This document shows, piece after piece, positions 44,967-57,842 of a stretch of 64,000 nucleotides of DNA. The stretch covers positions 656,564 to 720,563 of the forward strand of contig NW_005201092.1 in the NCBI RefSeq assembly GCF_000372725.1, read 5' to 3'. The notes under the pieces are model-generated. The model worked only from the letters and a program-made list of their open reading frames with translations, searched no databases and was not told the origin of the DNA. The position numbers were made by a program, and so were the translations under genes. Position 1 is the stretch's first letter. Each line of letters begins with the position of its first letter. This DNA comes from Emiliania huxleyi CCMP1516 (Eukaryota).

Positions 44967-46253
44967 ATGAACACGCCCCCAGGAACCACCGCCGCCGCCG
45001 TCGCGGTGGTCGATGCCAAACCGGCTCCCCTGAAACGGAGCTCCTCCTCATGGTGGTCGCCGGAAGAGGATGAGGAGCTCCGTCGTCTCGTCGAGGTGCA
45101 TGGCGCCCACCATTGGTCGACGATCGCCTCTCAGCTGCCAGGCCGGATTGGCAAGCAGTGCCGCGAGCGGTGGGCCAATCACCTCTGCCCCGGCGTCAGA
45201 AAGGCCGAATGGACCGAAGAGGAGGATCGGCTGATCTTCGAGGGCGTCTCAGAGCTGGGGCACAAGTGGAGCGAGATTGCGAAACGAGTCCCAGGCCGTA
45301 CCGACAACGCCATCAAGAACCGATTCAACTCGCGTCAGCGGAAGGAGAAGCGGAGAGAGCTCCGAGAGGCTGCGGGTAAGCCATGCCTGAAGCGACGCAA
45401 ATCGGGCGAGCGCGGCGAGGAGATGGCGAGGGAGACCGGGGAGGCAGCCAGCGAGCCAGAGGCCGAAGGCTCGCCTCCCTCGAGGCAGCTGCAGGGTGCG
45501 CAGCGCCGACGGATCATAACACTGGCGAAGCAGCTCGCGGAGCACGGCGCCAGCGCATCCGCCAGCACCGCCTCGCCCTCCTCGTCCGGCGACGAGGACG
45601 TGCAGGACCGCCTCATCCTCCGGCTCATGGACGAGACGATGGCGTTTGGCGAGGTGCCGGCCGAGTCGCCGCCAAAGAAGGGACCGGCGGCGGCGCAACT
45701 TCGCGCGCTCGACCTCGAGCGCGATCTCGCGGACCTGATCGTAGCACCAGAGGCCGCCGCCGACTCTCCAACCACAGGGCGGCGCGGGGGGAACGCGAGA
45801 GAGAGGCGGCGGCTCGAGATTGACGCCCACGGCCTCGGCGCCGCTGGCGGAGGCGCACAGCGGCGCCCCCTCAGGCCTACGGCGAGAGGGGCGGCTAGTG
45901 TCGACGGCGCATCCCGGTCTCGCCGGGTAGCCGCCAATCGTTGTCGCGATAGCGCATGCGGGGCGGCCGCGAAAGGCCCAGCCAAGCCCGGCCTGTCCCT
46001 GCATATCGACGTCCCCAAGATCGAGGACGCGTCGCCCAGCTGCAGCCCAAACCTCACGGGTGAAGTGATGCTTGTGGACGGCTGCGCCGTGCCCATCACG
46101 CCGCCGCTCTCGGCGGGCTATTTGTCGCAGGCCTCGTCGGACTGGCTAGCCACCTACTCATCCGAGCTGCCGACGCACGAGAGCTCGGAGCCGCCGCCGA
46201 CGCCGCTCTGCTCGGCGCTGATTGACACCTTTATACCGCCGCCCGCAAGTTGA
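44967..46253 (+). CDS. R2R3-type Myb transcription factor
   Basis: WSPEEDEELRRLVEVHGAHHWSTIASQLPGRIGKQCRERWANHL...WTEEEDRLI...KWSEIAKRVPGRTDNAIKNRF. Confidence 0.93.
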   Translation: MNTPPGTTAAAVAVVDAKPAPLKRSSSSWWSPEEDEELRRLVEVHGAHHWSTIASQLPGRIGKQCRERWANHLCPGVRKAEWTEEEDRLIFEGVSELGHKWSEIAKRVPGRTDNAIKNRFNSRQRKEKRRELREAAGKPCLKRRKSGERGEEMARETGEAASEPEAEGSPPSRQLQGAQRRRIITLAKQLAEHGASASASTASPSSSGDEDVQDRLILRLMDETMAFGEVPAESPPKKGPAAAQLRALDLERDLADLIVAPEAAADSPTTGRRGGNARERRRLEIDAHGLGAAGGGAQRRPLRPTARGAASVDGASRSRRVAANRCRDSACGAAAKGPAKPGLSLHIDVPKIEDASPSCSPNLTGEVMLVDGCAVPITPPLSAGYLSQASSDWLATYSSELPTHESSEPPPTPLCSALIDTFIPPPAS

Positions 46254-46553
46254 GACGGCGATACGGGGGATCCGCTCTCTGGCGCGTGTGGGCCGTGCAA
46301 AAGTCTTGTTGATAGCGGCCATGCGTCTGCAAGAGACGGCGCAGCAGATTTAGATTTTATCAGAGAGAGCGCGCAAACCCGTACACCAAACCCCACACAG
46401 GGGTACCGACCCACATTTCCGTATCCCTGGCGCAACTGTACTCCATAATGTAAAACCCACAATGATCATGCTCAAACCTACATGCTACAAGCTCACGATC
46501 TCTCCACACGCTTGCCGGGCGGGGCATGGCATTGCTGCGCCGCGCTCGGGCGC

Positions 46554-47687
46554 TCAAACCATAGTCGACTCTACAGTCGACTGCACCCTCTGCGCACCGG
46601 ACGCGCGTTTGCTGAGCGCCACGCCGCCTCTCGATGACATGATGTCGCGCAACTGCAGCTCACTGTCTCCCGACTTGCTCGCGCCATCCTTAGAGCCATC
46701 CTCGAGCTTCGCGGCGGCATGCATCTCGATCCGGAGCTCGATGACGCCGTGAGCCACCAGCGTGCAGAAGAGCACCAAGCAGCCGATGATCGTGGAGGTG
46801 GCGGGCACCTCGCGAAACGCCCAGTAGCAGAACAACGGGCCGAGAGGTATTTCGAGGAGCATCATCATGGCCACCTCAGCGGACGTAATGTCTTCCGAGG
46901 CGAGACCCATCGCGATGTCGTAGTACGCCTCGAGGATGGCGTCGACCAAGGTGGCGAGCACGAAGGTGCTCGAGAGTCCAATGCCGCCCTCCTCGCCTTT
47001 GCTGACGAGGATCGCTATCGCGGCGGGCGCGGCAACCAGTGAGGCGCCGAGCGAGCCGAGAGCCGGCGCGATGCTCAGCGGCGCCTCGGGGTCGGACATC
47101 GAGCTCGCGCGATAGGCGACGAGGTAGGACGCGAGCGAGACGCCGACAAGCAAAGCGACGACGTCGCCAAAGCGCGTGCGCGGTATCGCGCCCTCCGCCG
47201 CCGGCATCTCCGCCTCCACCTCGCCGCTCATTGCGAGCGGCGCGAAAGCCAAGAAGACCGCAGAGAGAGCCACGGCCATCGCGACGAGAGTGTGGGGCTG
47301 CGCCGTGTCGCCGAGAAAGTAGCGACCCATGCCCAAGGCCCACACCGGCTGCAAGTTGAAGAGCATGATCGCATTAGCGGCCGTGGTCGTCATGAAGCAC
47401 GTGGTGAGGCCGAGCTGGCAGATGAGCATAAAGATTGATGGCAAAAGCAGCGCGCGCCAGCTCTGCTTCACCTGCGAGAGTAGAATTGCCGGGCTTCCCG
47501 CTTGCACGACGCTGTAGCCCACCTGTATGAAACCCATGACGGAGTACTTGAGAAACAGGATCAGTGGAATCGTCTCCCACACGGCGCTGCACGGCGAGTA
47601 GAGGAGCATGAAATGCAGCAGCATCGAGTCGGGCGAGACGGTGAGCACGGCAGCGAGTGCGTACAGCCACCCACGTGCGCGCGACAT
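46554..47687 (-). CDS. Drug/metabolite transporter (EamA/DMT superfamily)
   Basis: About 10 TM helices; TTAANAIMLFNLQPVWA, ITSAEVAMMMLLEIPLGPL...FREVP. Confidence 0.85.
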   Translation of the reverse strand: MSRARGWLYALAAVLTVSPDSMLLHFMLLYSPCSAVWETIPLILFLKYSVMGFIQVGYSVVQAGSPAILLSQVKQSWRALLLPSIFMLICQLGLTTCFMTTTAANAIMLFNLQPVWALGMGRYFLGDTAQPHTLVAMAVALSAVFLAFAPLAMSGEVEAEMPAAEGAIPRTRFGDVVALLVGVSLASYLVAYRASSMSDPEAPLSIAPALGSLGASLVAAPAAIAILVSKGEEGGIGLSSTFVLATLVDAILEAYYDIAMGLASEDITSAEVAMMMLLEIPLGPLFCYWAFREVPATSTIIGCLVLFCTLVAHGVIELRIEMHAAAKLEDGSKDGASKSGDSELQLRDIMSSRGGVALSKRASGAQRVQSTVESTMV

Positions 47688-50509
47688 GGCTGGCTCTTTC
47701 GCGGAAGCTGTCGTTCGTCACCGCGTCGAGGATGCTGTCGCGAACGCTGTTCGCGGTCCCGACGTCGCGTGCGTGCCGAGGGATTGTCAGAGACGACTTG
47801 ACGTACGTCCGCCGATCTGCTTCTCGAGGTTCTCGAGGTGGATATCCTTTGGCCGCGTTGGGTAGCGAGGATTGGTGTGACGCGATCCACGCAGGCGTGT
47901 TTTCTGGCGGCCGACCGTCAGTGCACGGAGTTGCCCCTTCTCCGACTGCCCCGGCTAGTTCCCGGATTTCGCGGGAGTGACCCCATGCGTCGTCAAACCC
48001 GAGACCTAGCGCGGATGGGTTGGAGGGGGGCTCGCTCGTCGCTGCAGGGAAGGGCGGTGTAAGAAGCCGATCCCCGTAGTCCGCCCCACTCCTCCCCATC
48101 GGGCCGCATAAGCGGCCACGCCTCGCAGATTCGTTTCTCGCGCCTGGGTCAGGCGCGGGGCATCCCCCGGGTCGCTCGACCAGCGATCCGAAGAGTGGCC
48201 GCTATGAGAGGGAAAGAGCGGGGCCCTCGGGGTACGCCTCTGTCCGCGGCCCCCTCCGAGGGGGGAAGGGAATTGCGGGGTCTCCACGGGCGCCTCAGTT
48301 TGGCCCTCCCGAGGGGGGGGGGGAGCAAGGGGGTGAGGGGGTCGGGGCGGTGGGGAGGGCTCTCGTCTCTCGATTTCGTGAGGCTAATACTTGCCTTTCG
48401 GGGAGGGGCCTCGGGACGGCGAGCGCAGTGGCGCCCGCTCGACTTCTTCCCCTCCTCCCTCGAGGCAGCGAGTAGGCAGCGAGTAGTGAGGGTGGGGGGG
48501 CCTCGGTTGGAAGGCGAGCGCGGTTGCGCGCGCCCTACGTCTTCCCCTCCACCCTCGAGAGTACCTATACGCTAGACAGCGTAGGGCGGTGGCCAGTGCG
48601 CGGGCGAGGGGAGGGGGCGGGGCGGGTCGGGCGGGCGGGCGGGGAGGAGGGGAGGGGAGGGGAGGCTTAGCCATCAGCTGCTGTCGAGCCGAGTCGGCGG
48701 TAGCCGCCGCAGCTGCGCCGCCTCCCGTCGCGCCGCGGTCGCTGCTCCCTCAGCGCCGTCTCCGCGTCGTCACCCGCCGCAGCCTCTCCTCCGCCGCCGC
48801 CGCCCGCTCCCGAGAGTGTGGCGGCGGTGTGAGTGGTATAGTGCAAGGGAGGCGTGTGTGTGTGTCTGCCGCAGATCGCTGCCGTTGTCTGCGCCGCGAT
48901 CCGCCGCCGCGCCGCCGCGCCGCCGCCGCCAGCGCGCTCACCGCCGCCTCGTAGACGACACCTCTCGCGCTCAAAGAGCCGCGCAGCGGGCCGCGAGGTT
49001 GAGGTCAAATTGCAGCACAGGATGTCGAGGTCATGAAACACTAGATTTTGAGCTTGCCACGCAGGCCGCAGCGCTGGCGGCAGTTCCACGCTTCATAGAG
49101 TGGATCGTTGACGGCTTCGCCAACCTGGGCTCTGGCGGCAGCACCTCCACCCCGATGGACGCTAGACGCGCTGTCCTCTCTCACATTGGGCTAAACCCCA
49201 CCTGGCTTCCTCCCGCTAAATACAAAGGCCGGGACACAAGTTCTCTCTTGCACCTCGAAGCGCAGAAAGGCTGCCAACCTCCTCTCCCATCTGGCGCTTG
49301 CGTCGGGCAGCGTGGGCGCGGCATCCGGGACGGATGCGGGCCCTTCTCTCGCGGGATCGCTGGGAGCCGCTCGGCTCCCCACGCGCCGCCGAGCTGCGAT
49401 GGCGCCACCGCAACGGCTGCCCCTCCTCGGCTCCCGCCCCGGGGCTGCCGAAATAGGTGCCCCGAGCCACCGTTTGCAACATCCGCGCGGAACGGCGGTG
49501 CTGCCGACGCCCCCCCGACCGGCAAACACCACCAGAAGGGCGGTGGTGAAAGCAGCACCTCAGAGATGTCGTCGTCGTCGCGCAGTTCCCTTAAGTGACG
49601 TTCGGCGGCCGGCGGCGGCTGGCGCCAACAATCCGGATTTTCGTCTCTCGACGCGAAGATATGGTCCCGAGTCTCACTACTCGCCCCTCCATCCTGTAGG
49701 TCCGGACCTTGCCTGCTCAGTAGCCGCGATGAATCGTCGCCCTCATCGTCCGCGGTCATCCTTTCAGCCTCAAACGGGCCAAACGACTGTCTCGCCATCA
49801 CCCATCTCGCCTCTCGCGGTCGCGTCACACCTTCCCTCGTGCCGCGAGTAGGCGCGTGAGTGATGGCCCTGCCGCCAGGTACACGGCTACACCTCGGGAC
49901 GCCGTGCTGAGACGGGTAGAGCCGCCCCACGGGAGCGAAAGCCGCCTCGCGCGCCTCAGCCCGCCGGGCCCCTCGGCGGCCAGTGTGGGGTGGATACGGC
50001 GGTGATAAACCCCTCTGACAGCAGCGCCTCACGGCGTGGGCTGCGAGGTCACTCGGGGTGACCCAGGGGGCGGCGGGGGAGCAATCTCCCGCCGGAGCAG
50101 CGGGTGATATTCCCGCTACTCGCTCGAGTTTGAGGTGCGCCGCGCCTCGCCTGTGCTGCCTTCCCGGCCGCCCCAGCCGCCCTCATCGTTCCTCATCCCC
50201 TCCCCCACCCCCTCCCCCTCAGGCTAGGCCCTCGCCGCCGCCGCCGCCGCCGTCTCCGCCAGAGCCGCCGCCGTTTCCCTCCCCCCCACCCCCTCCGACG
50301 CCGTCGCCTCCGCTGCTCCCGCCACCACCGCCGGCCGCCTCAGCTCTCCCTCGCCCACCTCCCACACACCACCAACGCCCTCCGCGCGTCCCCGCACGCC
50401 GCCTCCGCGCCCCCACGCCCCCACGACGACCTCCCGCCCCGCCCTCCCCGCGTCTCAGACCCTTGGCCGTGCTCCGCTCGGGGCGACTCGGCGCCGCCAT
50501 CGCGAGCAC

Positions 50510-51260
50510 GCCGCCCTCGCCCCCGCCACCTTCCCCCCCGCCGCCATCCCCACCGCCGCCGTCGCCGCCGCCCCCGTCACCGCCACCGCCCTCGCCGCCC
50601 CCTCCGTTGCCACCGCCGCCGTCGCCCCCTCCGCCTTCCCCGCCTCCTCCATCGCCTCCGCCGCCGAGCCCTCCGCCACAAAGCCCGCCCCCGCCCTCAC
50701 CCCCTCCTCCCTCGCCGCCTCCGCCATCGCCGCCGCCTCCCTCTCCGCCGCCGCCCTCACCGCCCCCTCCGTCGCCGCCGCCGCCATCACCGCCGCCGCC
50801 ATCGCCACCACCTCCCTCGCCACCACCGCCCTCCCCGCCGCCGCCAAGCCCGCCTCCGCCGTCGCCGCCGCCGCCATCGCCGCCGCCACCATCCCCGCCG
50901 CCGCCCAGCCCTCCGCCACCATCACCACCACCGCCCAGCCCTCCGCCCCCAAGCCCGCCCCCGCCATCGCCGCCGCCCCCCTCGCCACCGCCGCCCTCGC
51001 CGCCACCCCCGTCACCACCGCCTCCGAGCCCGCCTCCGCCCTCGCCTCCGCCGCCCTCGCCACCACCCCCGTCTCCGCCACCGCCGAGGCCTCCCCCGCC
51101 CTCTCCTCCTCCGCCCTCACCGCCGCCGTCCTCGCCGCCGCCGCCCTCGCCGCCGCCACCCAAGTCCGCCGCCACCGTCACCCCCGCCTCCGTCGCCGCC
51201 ACCTCCCTCACCGCCATTGCCCAGCCCGCCGCCGCCATCTCCCCCACCGCCCTCACCGCC
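50510..51260 (+). repeat. Extensin-like (SPPPP)n coding-type low-complexity tract, frameshifted near 51160
   Basis: About 40 SPPPP units with synonymous codon variation. No clear host gene. Confidence 0.8.
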
Positions 51261-53447
51261 ACGCTGCCAGCGCAGCCGCCGGGCGACGCGACAGCGGCTA
51301 GCGGCCGGGAGAGCCTCTCCAGTGCGGGCTGGGGGCGGCGGCGGCACTCTGCGGGTGGCGGGCGAGCTGCTGGCTGGCCGGCGGCGCGTCTCGACTCAAA
51401 TTATGGGCCGCCTCTCGGGCGTGCGGCCAGGGGCCCGTGTGGCGCGAGGAGAGGGCGGCGCGCTCGGCGCGCTGGCGGCGGTGAAGCCTCTCAGAGTGGG
51501 CGCTGGCTGGCCGAGGGCGTCGGGCGGGTGTGGGGCGGCACTCGGGCCGCCGGACGGGCCGTGGTGGCCCGTGTGGCGTTCGTGAGGGACTGTTTGGGCG
51601 CCCCGGCAGCCTCCCCGCCTGCGTGACCAGGGCCGGTTTGGCAGCGGTTTGGGCTGTGTGTGGGCTGGTCGCGGTAGGGGATATAGTGCTTGTTTATGGT
51701 CCCACTCACTACTCCCGGCCAACGGGGCCTCGCGGGGCGTCCTCGTTTGCAGTAAAAGGCCTCTGCCATCGCTCAGAGTCCCAAACCATGTGATCCTCCG
51801 CGCCGCCGCGCCCGAGTAGTCTGCCTGATGCGATGTCGTCGGGGAGGGCGTCGTCGCGGGCGCCAACGTCGTCATGCGAGCCCCTACGGCTGTCCAAGGG
51901 CACGTCTGGGTGACCAGGGGCGGGGGTCGAGCCGTGAGTGCTCCGCCGGGGCGAGCTTCTGGGTCCATGGGACCGCTGCCGGACCCGTCCGAGAGCCTCT
52001 CCGGACACGTTCGCTCGACGGCCTAGTTGGCGGCCGATGTTCGACGACTAAAGCTCCGGACGCCGCGGCCAAAGGTCCGCCCACGGCCCCAGGGCTCGTG
52101 GTGGGTGTGGGGTGTGCCTCACGAGGCGGAGAGGCCGCGTGAACTCCCGTAGAAGCTCGCGAAGTGCGGATTTGGAGCGCCGCGCCGGACCTCCGCCGGG
52201 GCCCGCCGGGACGCCGTATGGGCCTCGGGGTGCCCGATAAGCTTAGAGGTGCGGTTTTTTTTGCTTGTGTCTATCGGTTCATGTCATGGACCGGCCCTGG
52301 GAAGCCTTTGACCGCGCGCGGAGGGTGTTACGGGGCCGTGATGATTTAGCGGGAGGGAAATCGGCCGATTTGCCCAGTGTGTCGGGCGGTGTGTGTCGTA
52401 GGGTACTGCTGCTATAACTGGTTAAGAGTCTCATGTGCTTGCGCGCGTACGCACATGGGGCGCACGACGGATCATTCCGCGCCTGTGGGAGCGCTGGCCG
52501 TGCACGGCCGCACATGGGGTCGGTGTGTGTGCGCTCGCGAGAGATGGGGGTGTGTTCTTGACTCTCGCTCCGGGTGCCTCGAGCGAGAGAGGAGGGCGAG
52601 ACGCCGCGCTGGGTATTAATCAGAGTGTTAGTCAAATAATCCTCGCACACCACGACTCGCGCATAAACCACGACTCGACCCACAGGGAGAGTGCGTGCGC
52701 TGCGACGGACCCAGCCGGCACCGGCAGTGCGGACACAGTGCGAGTTGCGATGACTACCGACGCACAAGCACACCACGCGACGTAGTCTGCAACACCGCGC
52801 GGCTGGACACCACACACTTCACCGGTAGGACTCACTGGGTCGGACACGCGCGCCGTGCAGCGGCAACCGAAGATACCGAGAAGCCCCGCCCGAAGCTCCG
52901 AACCATGTGCTGTGGTCGCTGCCACGCCAACCGCGCGGCCGGCCCGGGCGCAAGCCGTGACGACTGATCGCGGCGGCAGCGCCGCGCGCCCTCGTGCCGC
53001 GGTGCGCGCCGCTCGCGCCGCGCCAAGGGAGGTCTTCAGCCTGCGGCGCGCTCACCCGCAGCGCTGCCGGGCGTGCCCATCAAAATGCGCCGCCTCTGGA
53101 CGTGTCTCTGCCGCCTCCAAGGCGACCGACGCCACGAGTGATAAGCGCGACGCCACCGTGAGACGTCTGGACGGCTCGCTGCGACCTCAAGGCCAGCCTC
53201 GCCGCCCGCCGTGAGCGCCAAAAAACGTCAACCGCGCAACCGCGCAACCGAGAGAGAGCCGCCGAGACGCTTCAGCGATCCGCCAGGAGCCGGGCCGAGG
53301 CCTGTCCGAAGCCGCATGCCGCTCGAGTCGGTCGTCCGGAGCACCCTGGGAGGCGCCCGTCGAAGCAAAGCTGTGCTGGGGACACGGCCGGATCAGCCTC
53401 GTAACAGGGACAGGCACACCAATTTCCTCTTTCCAGCCACCCACTCC

Positions 53448-54134
53448 TCAGCGGGCCCGCGTCGAGCCATTCTTCTGGCCCTTCTTGCTGGAGGAGTTGC
53501 GCGGTCCCTTGGGCTTGCCCATCTGGCCAGAGCCCTTGCCGCCGCCCAGCCCGAGCTGCTCCATGGCCGCGGCGTGCTTCACCTCATCAACGCAGCACGT
53601 TCCCCTGCGCACGTGCTTGTTGCGCCCGTCCCTGCTCCCGAACGTCTTGAAGCAGAGTGGGCACCCACAGGGCCCCTGCTGGTTGGCTGCCTCGCGGTGC
53701 CGCTTTGCCCGCTTTGCAGCCTTGGTGGGTCCACCCTGCGCCGCAGCCTCGGCCTCGCGGTTCTCCGCCGCTCGGCGCGTGCCCTCGCGTTGGCCCTCGA
53801 TGCCGCGATCGGCCGCCTCGACCTCCTCGGTGGAGAGGAAGCCGCGGGAGCGGGCGGCGACCTGCACCGCCGTCAGGTCCGCCTTGCTCTCGCTGCGGAT
53901 GCTTTTGACGATGGCGCGGCTGGCGTTGGAGGTGGTGCCCAGGACGTGGCCCTTCCACCACCGCGCACCCTCCTCCGAGAACGACTCGCCCGGCAACGCG
54001 ATGAAGTCGAGAACAGGCCCTCGACTTGCTGTGTGTCGATTGACAGCCGAGAGGCGCGCCGTTGCGGCAGAAATGCATGCCAGGCCCTCGAGCGCAGTAT
54101 TCCAGCGCCAGACGCCAGTCTCTTGAACCGCCAT
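53448..54134 (-). CDS. Hypothetical ORF with a C2H2/C2HC zinc-finger motif, probably transposon-derived fragment
   Basis: CPLCFKTFGSRDGRNKHVRRGTC in a repeat-rich region. Confidence 0.4.
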   Translation of the reverse strand: MAVQETGVWRWNTALEGLACISAATARLSAVNRHTASRGPVLDFIALPGESFSEEGARWWKGHVLGTTSNASRAIVKSIRSESKADLTAVQVAARSRGFLSTEEVEAADRGIEGQREGTRRAAENREAEAAAQGGPTKAAKRAKRHREAANQQGPCGCPLCFKTFGSRDGRNKHVRRGTCCVDEVKHAAAMEQLGLGGGKGSGQMGKPKGPRNSSSKKGQKNGSTRAR

Positions 54135-55099
54135 TTCTCCGCAGCCCTGTGCCAGTCAAAGTACTCGTATACTCCGGCACGCCGAAAGTGGAGCTAAAAA
54201 ATCGTCCTTGACTTCTCAGCGCCCTGACGGCCCGCCGATGGCAGACCCGACTCCCTCCATCCGCATGGCGCCGCCCGATGGTGCCGGTAACCCTATTCCG
54301 GAGCGGTTTCTCCTAGGGTTAGCGCCGAAAAAGCCGGCTCCCTTAGCTCCGGCTAAGCCGGGGATGCACCTAGGGGTCGGCCTTCCCCGACGCGGATCTT
54401 GCCACAAAGGGCACGAGGCAGCCCGGTGAGGTTCGTACCGGCAGCAGACAGGGCAAGACAAAGGGAGAGGGCGATCCGAGAGGCCGAGATGGATCGAGCG
54501 GCCGCGGCGGCGGGCGAGAGGGCGGTCCTGGCGGAAGTCAGGGCGATCGGGCTGTCGTTCGCAGCCAGCGCTGGCGTCCTCAGGCCAAATAAAATATTCT
54601 TAGCTTCAAGCCCCCCTCCGAGACTAGGGACAGTCACCACCCGTACACAGGAGAGATGGGAGTGCCCCCCGCCCCCACTTGCCCTGACTGCACAGGATAG
54701 CGTGCCCCGATAACGGCGACACATAGTGGGGGACACTGCGCAAGGAGAGGGTGCGAAGCCTAAGATTGGGGTTCTAGGTGGTGGGACCATGAGGGGGGGA
54801 GGGCGGGGTCCTGTGGGGGTGAAATGTTGCGCGGCGAATTCGAGCCTACCCCCTCGCCGCGCCGATCCTCACGCGGAGGGTAAAACCCTGTGGGAGAAAA
54901 CCCCTCCGCGGTCGGCAGTCTTCAGAGTGGACCCCCCCCCTCCCCAGCCTCCCCTGTTCGTCTTTCGCACCCCCCCCCCCGCTCCCCATCGGTGACTCGC
55001 GAAGGACACGGACACTCGGGGTGGGGGGGGAGGGGTCCCCCAGAGAGGGGGCTTTGGGGCCTTGTTGAGTCAATCTCCCCCCCAGAGGGGCCTCGCGTT

Positions 55100-55353
55100 G
55101 GGTCGATCTCGGGTCGATCTCGGGTCGATCTCGGGTCGATCTCGGGTCGATCTCGGGTCGATCTCGGGTCGATCTCGGGTCGATCTCGGGTCGATCTCGG
55201 CCACCGCGGTCGAGTAGCCTAGGTGAGGAGGGTGAGGCGAGATGAGGCGAGATGAAGCGAGGTGAGGCGAGATGAGGCGAGATGAGGCGAGATGAGGCGA
55301 GATGGGGCGAGATGAGGCGAGATGGGGCGAGATGAGGCGAGATTGGGCGAGAT
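55100..55353. repeat. Tandem repeats (GGGTCGATCTC)x~9 and (GAGGCGAGAT)x~11
   Basis: Directly visible. Confidence 0.9.
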
Positions 55354-55937
55354 GGATGAGATATCGTGAGATGCAGCTCATGCCTGGGGGGGGTCAGCCA
55401 AACGATGCTCAGCGTCATACCTGCGGTGCGGGAGCAGAGGTAGAGAGGGTGGGACCCAGCGTCAATGACTCCACTATATGTAATATGACGGCCGCCCACC
55501 CCAGCAGAGATTAGACCCAAGACTCCGAAATAAATGCGATTGATCCTATTCGCCAGTCTGGTACTAGTCTTCGTGCTTTCGATCAGTCTGTTGAGGCTCA
55601 ATTTCGGAACGAACGATTCTAAGGAATGGGTGGGTGGGGGTAGAAGCGTGGCAAGTAGGGTCAGGCGGTTGCCGGCCCAATAGCGGGGGGGGGGGGGGGT
55701 AGCGCGCAGGGGTAGTGGGGGGTAGGGGTAGCGTGCGGGGTGCAGAGGTAGCGCGCGCGCAGCGGATTTGATTAGAAAACAGCACATTTCTTTTTCGCGC
55801 TCCGTCTGGGTCGGCGGCGATCGAGCCCTGACACATTTTTCAGCTAGACAGCGCGCTGTACCCAGCCGTGCGCGAGTTGTGTCCACTGCTCTGATTGACA
55901 CTACCCGGCTAAGCCTTGAAGGACACCGAAGAGTACC

Positions 55938-57410
55938 ATGTGGGAGCAGCTCGCACGCACTTCGGCGGGCACGCTGATCGCGTACAAGCTCGCCACGGGT
56001 GGCCTCAAGCGCGGCTCGCTGCAGAGGGACGGGGCGGCGGCGGCCTTTGTCGTCGGTCTGCTCTCCTTTAGCTGCTCAATACGGTGCGGCGTCACGCTGC
56101 TGTTCTTCTACAAGAGCGGCTCGATGCTCACGCGGGTGGGCGCCGACGTGAAGCGAAAGGTGGAGGAGGGCTACGCCGCCGAGGGTCAGCGCGGCGCTGC
56201 CCAAGTGCTCGCCTGCAGCGCGGTCGGCGTGGCGGCAGCCGTCCTGAGGCGCGCTCTCGTCGGTCCCGACGCGCCGCTCGACTTCTCCGACCTCGCCTCC
56301 GCTGGCAACCGCCTCACACTCGCGTGCGTCTGTCTGCTCCGCCTGCTGCGCTGTAGGAACCTTCCACGAACCTGGCTCGGAGTCTACCCTCGTAGGTACG
56401 TCTCGTTCTTCGCCTGCTGCGCCGGCGACACGTGGGCGAGCGAGCTCGGGGTCCTCTCCGCCTCGCCGCCGCGCATCATCACGCAGCCGTGGAGGACGGC
56501 CCCGGCGGGCACCAACGGCGGCGTCTCAGCGCTCGGCGCGCGATTCTAGATGCCGAGTCCATGCCTGTGGTGTTCTGGCGGGCAGCTCGAGGCGATGTCA
56601 CTCCTCAGCTCTCGTCAACCGCGCAGGGTTGCGATGCACGATCCTGACACCACTTGCCGCGTACTCGCAGGCACGCTCGCCAGCGCCGCCGGCGGAGCAT
56701 GCACGGGCGCCTGTAGACGCGGAATACGAGTCCCTGCACACACCGGAGCCGTAGCAAGGACTCGAGCCCGACACGTGCTCGTCTGCAATCCAACTTGTTC
56801 GCGCGCCCAGAGACTGTACCGCCGCCAGGGCCATTCCCACCAGCCCTTGCGGTCCCTCCGCCAGGCATCGGAGCCTGCCACGCCGCCTGCCTGCTCCCGC
56901 CCTCGGGCCGCGAGGTGTTCGGCTCGGGTCGGCCTGGCGTCCAGCTCATTGGCCCAGCTCCGGACTTGCCGGGTGTGTGTGGACAGGCGCTCGGCCTGGT
57001 CTGGGCCGGGCTGGTGGGCGGCGTGGGCGGCTCTCTGCTCGACTCGCTGCTGGGCGCGACCGTGCAGGCAACCTACTACGACGAGGCGAGCCGCATGGTG
57101 GTCGGGCGGCCCACACCCAAGGTGGCGCCCACTCTCGCCTCACTCTCCTCACGCTCCCCACTCTCCTCCCTCTCCTGGCTGCCATCTCTTCACTCCCTCG
57201 CTCTGCCTCTGCCCCTCCGCACTCCCTCTCCATCTCGACTCGGACCGGCTCGCTCCGCCGCGGACGACTGCCCGCTGCGCCAAGGCGCGACGTGTGGCGG
57301 GGCTGCCGCTCCTCTCCAACGAGATGGTCAACTTTGTCTCGACCGCCACCGCCGCCGTCGCCGCCGCCTCCGCGCCGCGGCTGCTGCTCGGCTGGCTCGC
57401 GCCGGCGTAG
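55938..57410 (+). CDS. TMEM19: TMEM19/DUF92 integral membrane protein, multi-exon
   Basis: SLQRDGAAAAF, GQRGAAQVLA, GDTWASELG, GTNGGVS, GSLLDSLLGATVQ and LLSNEMVNF. Confidence 0.88.
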
Positions 57411-57842
57411 CCGGAGGCCGCCGGAGGCCGCGGTCAGAGTCAGGGGAGCGGCGCACTCTCGCAGTCGCGCGCTCGGCGGACGACAGGCGAGGAGGGAGGA
57501 GCGGCGGGAGGACTCATATATTTCTCATACTCTAGGATTTTGTGTACATTAGACATCTCACACTTGCGACTTGGTCTTGGAGCACTTGGTCTTCGGGAGT
57601 GGCGAGTGCAGTCATTTGCCTCACACCCTTCTGCCTTCACCCAGGGCCGGGGAGTAGCAAGCACACAGAGTAATCAGTTTGTCACTATTCAATGCGACGC
57701 AGAGCCCCCGGAGTATGTGTTTGCCTCGCTGAGCTTCACCCAGCGGCCGACCGGGGCACGAGAGCCCCCACTTTTTATGAACGAAACGGCCAGGGCGGCG
57801 GGCGGCGCTGGTCAAATGCGGCGCCTTCAAGGGGGGAACAAC

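Noticed and set aside
50058..51626. 522-aa Pro-rich ORF as an intact gene
   Set aside because: GTG start, no signal peptide, frameshifts at both ends of the SPPPP tract. Kept only as a repeat.
52326..52794. TGTTA...AACA segment as a solo LTR
   Set aside because: No matching TSD and no second LTR in the window.
48571..55853. 11-bp direct repeat GCTAGACAGCG as the TSD of a 7.3-kb element
   Set aside because: 11-mer matches are expected by chance in 64 kb, and there are no terminal structures.
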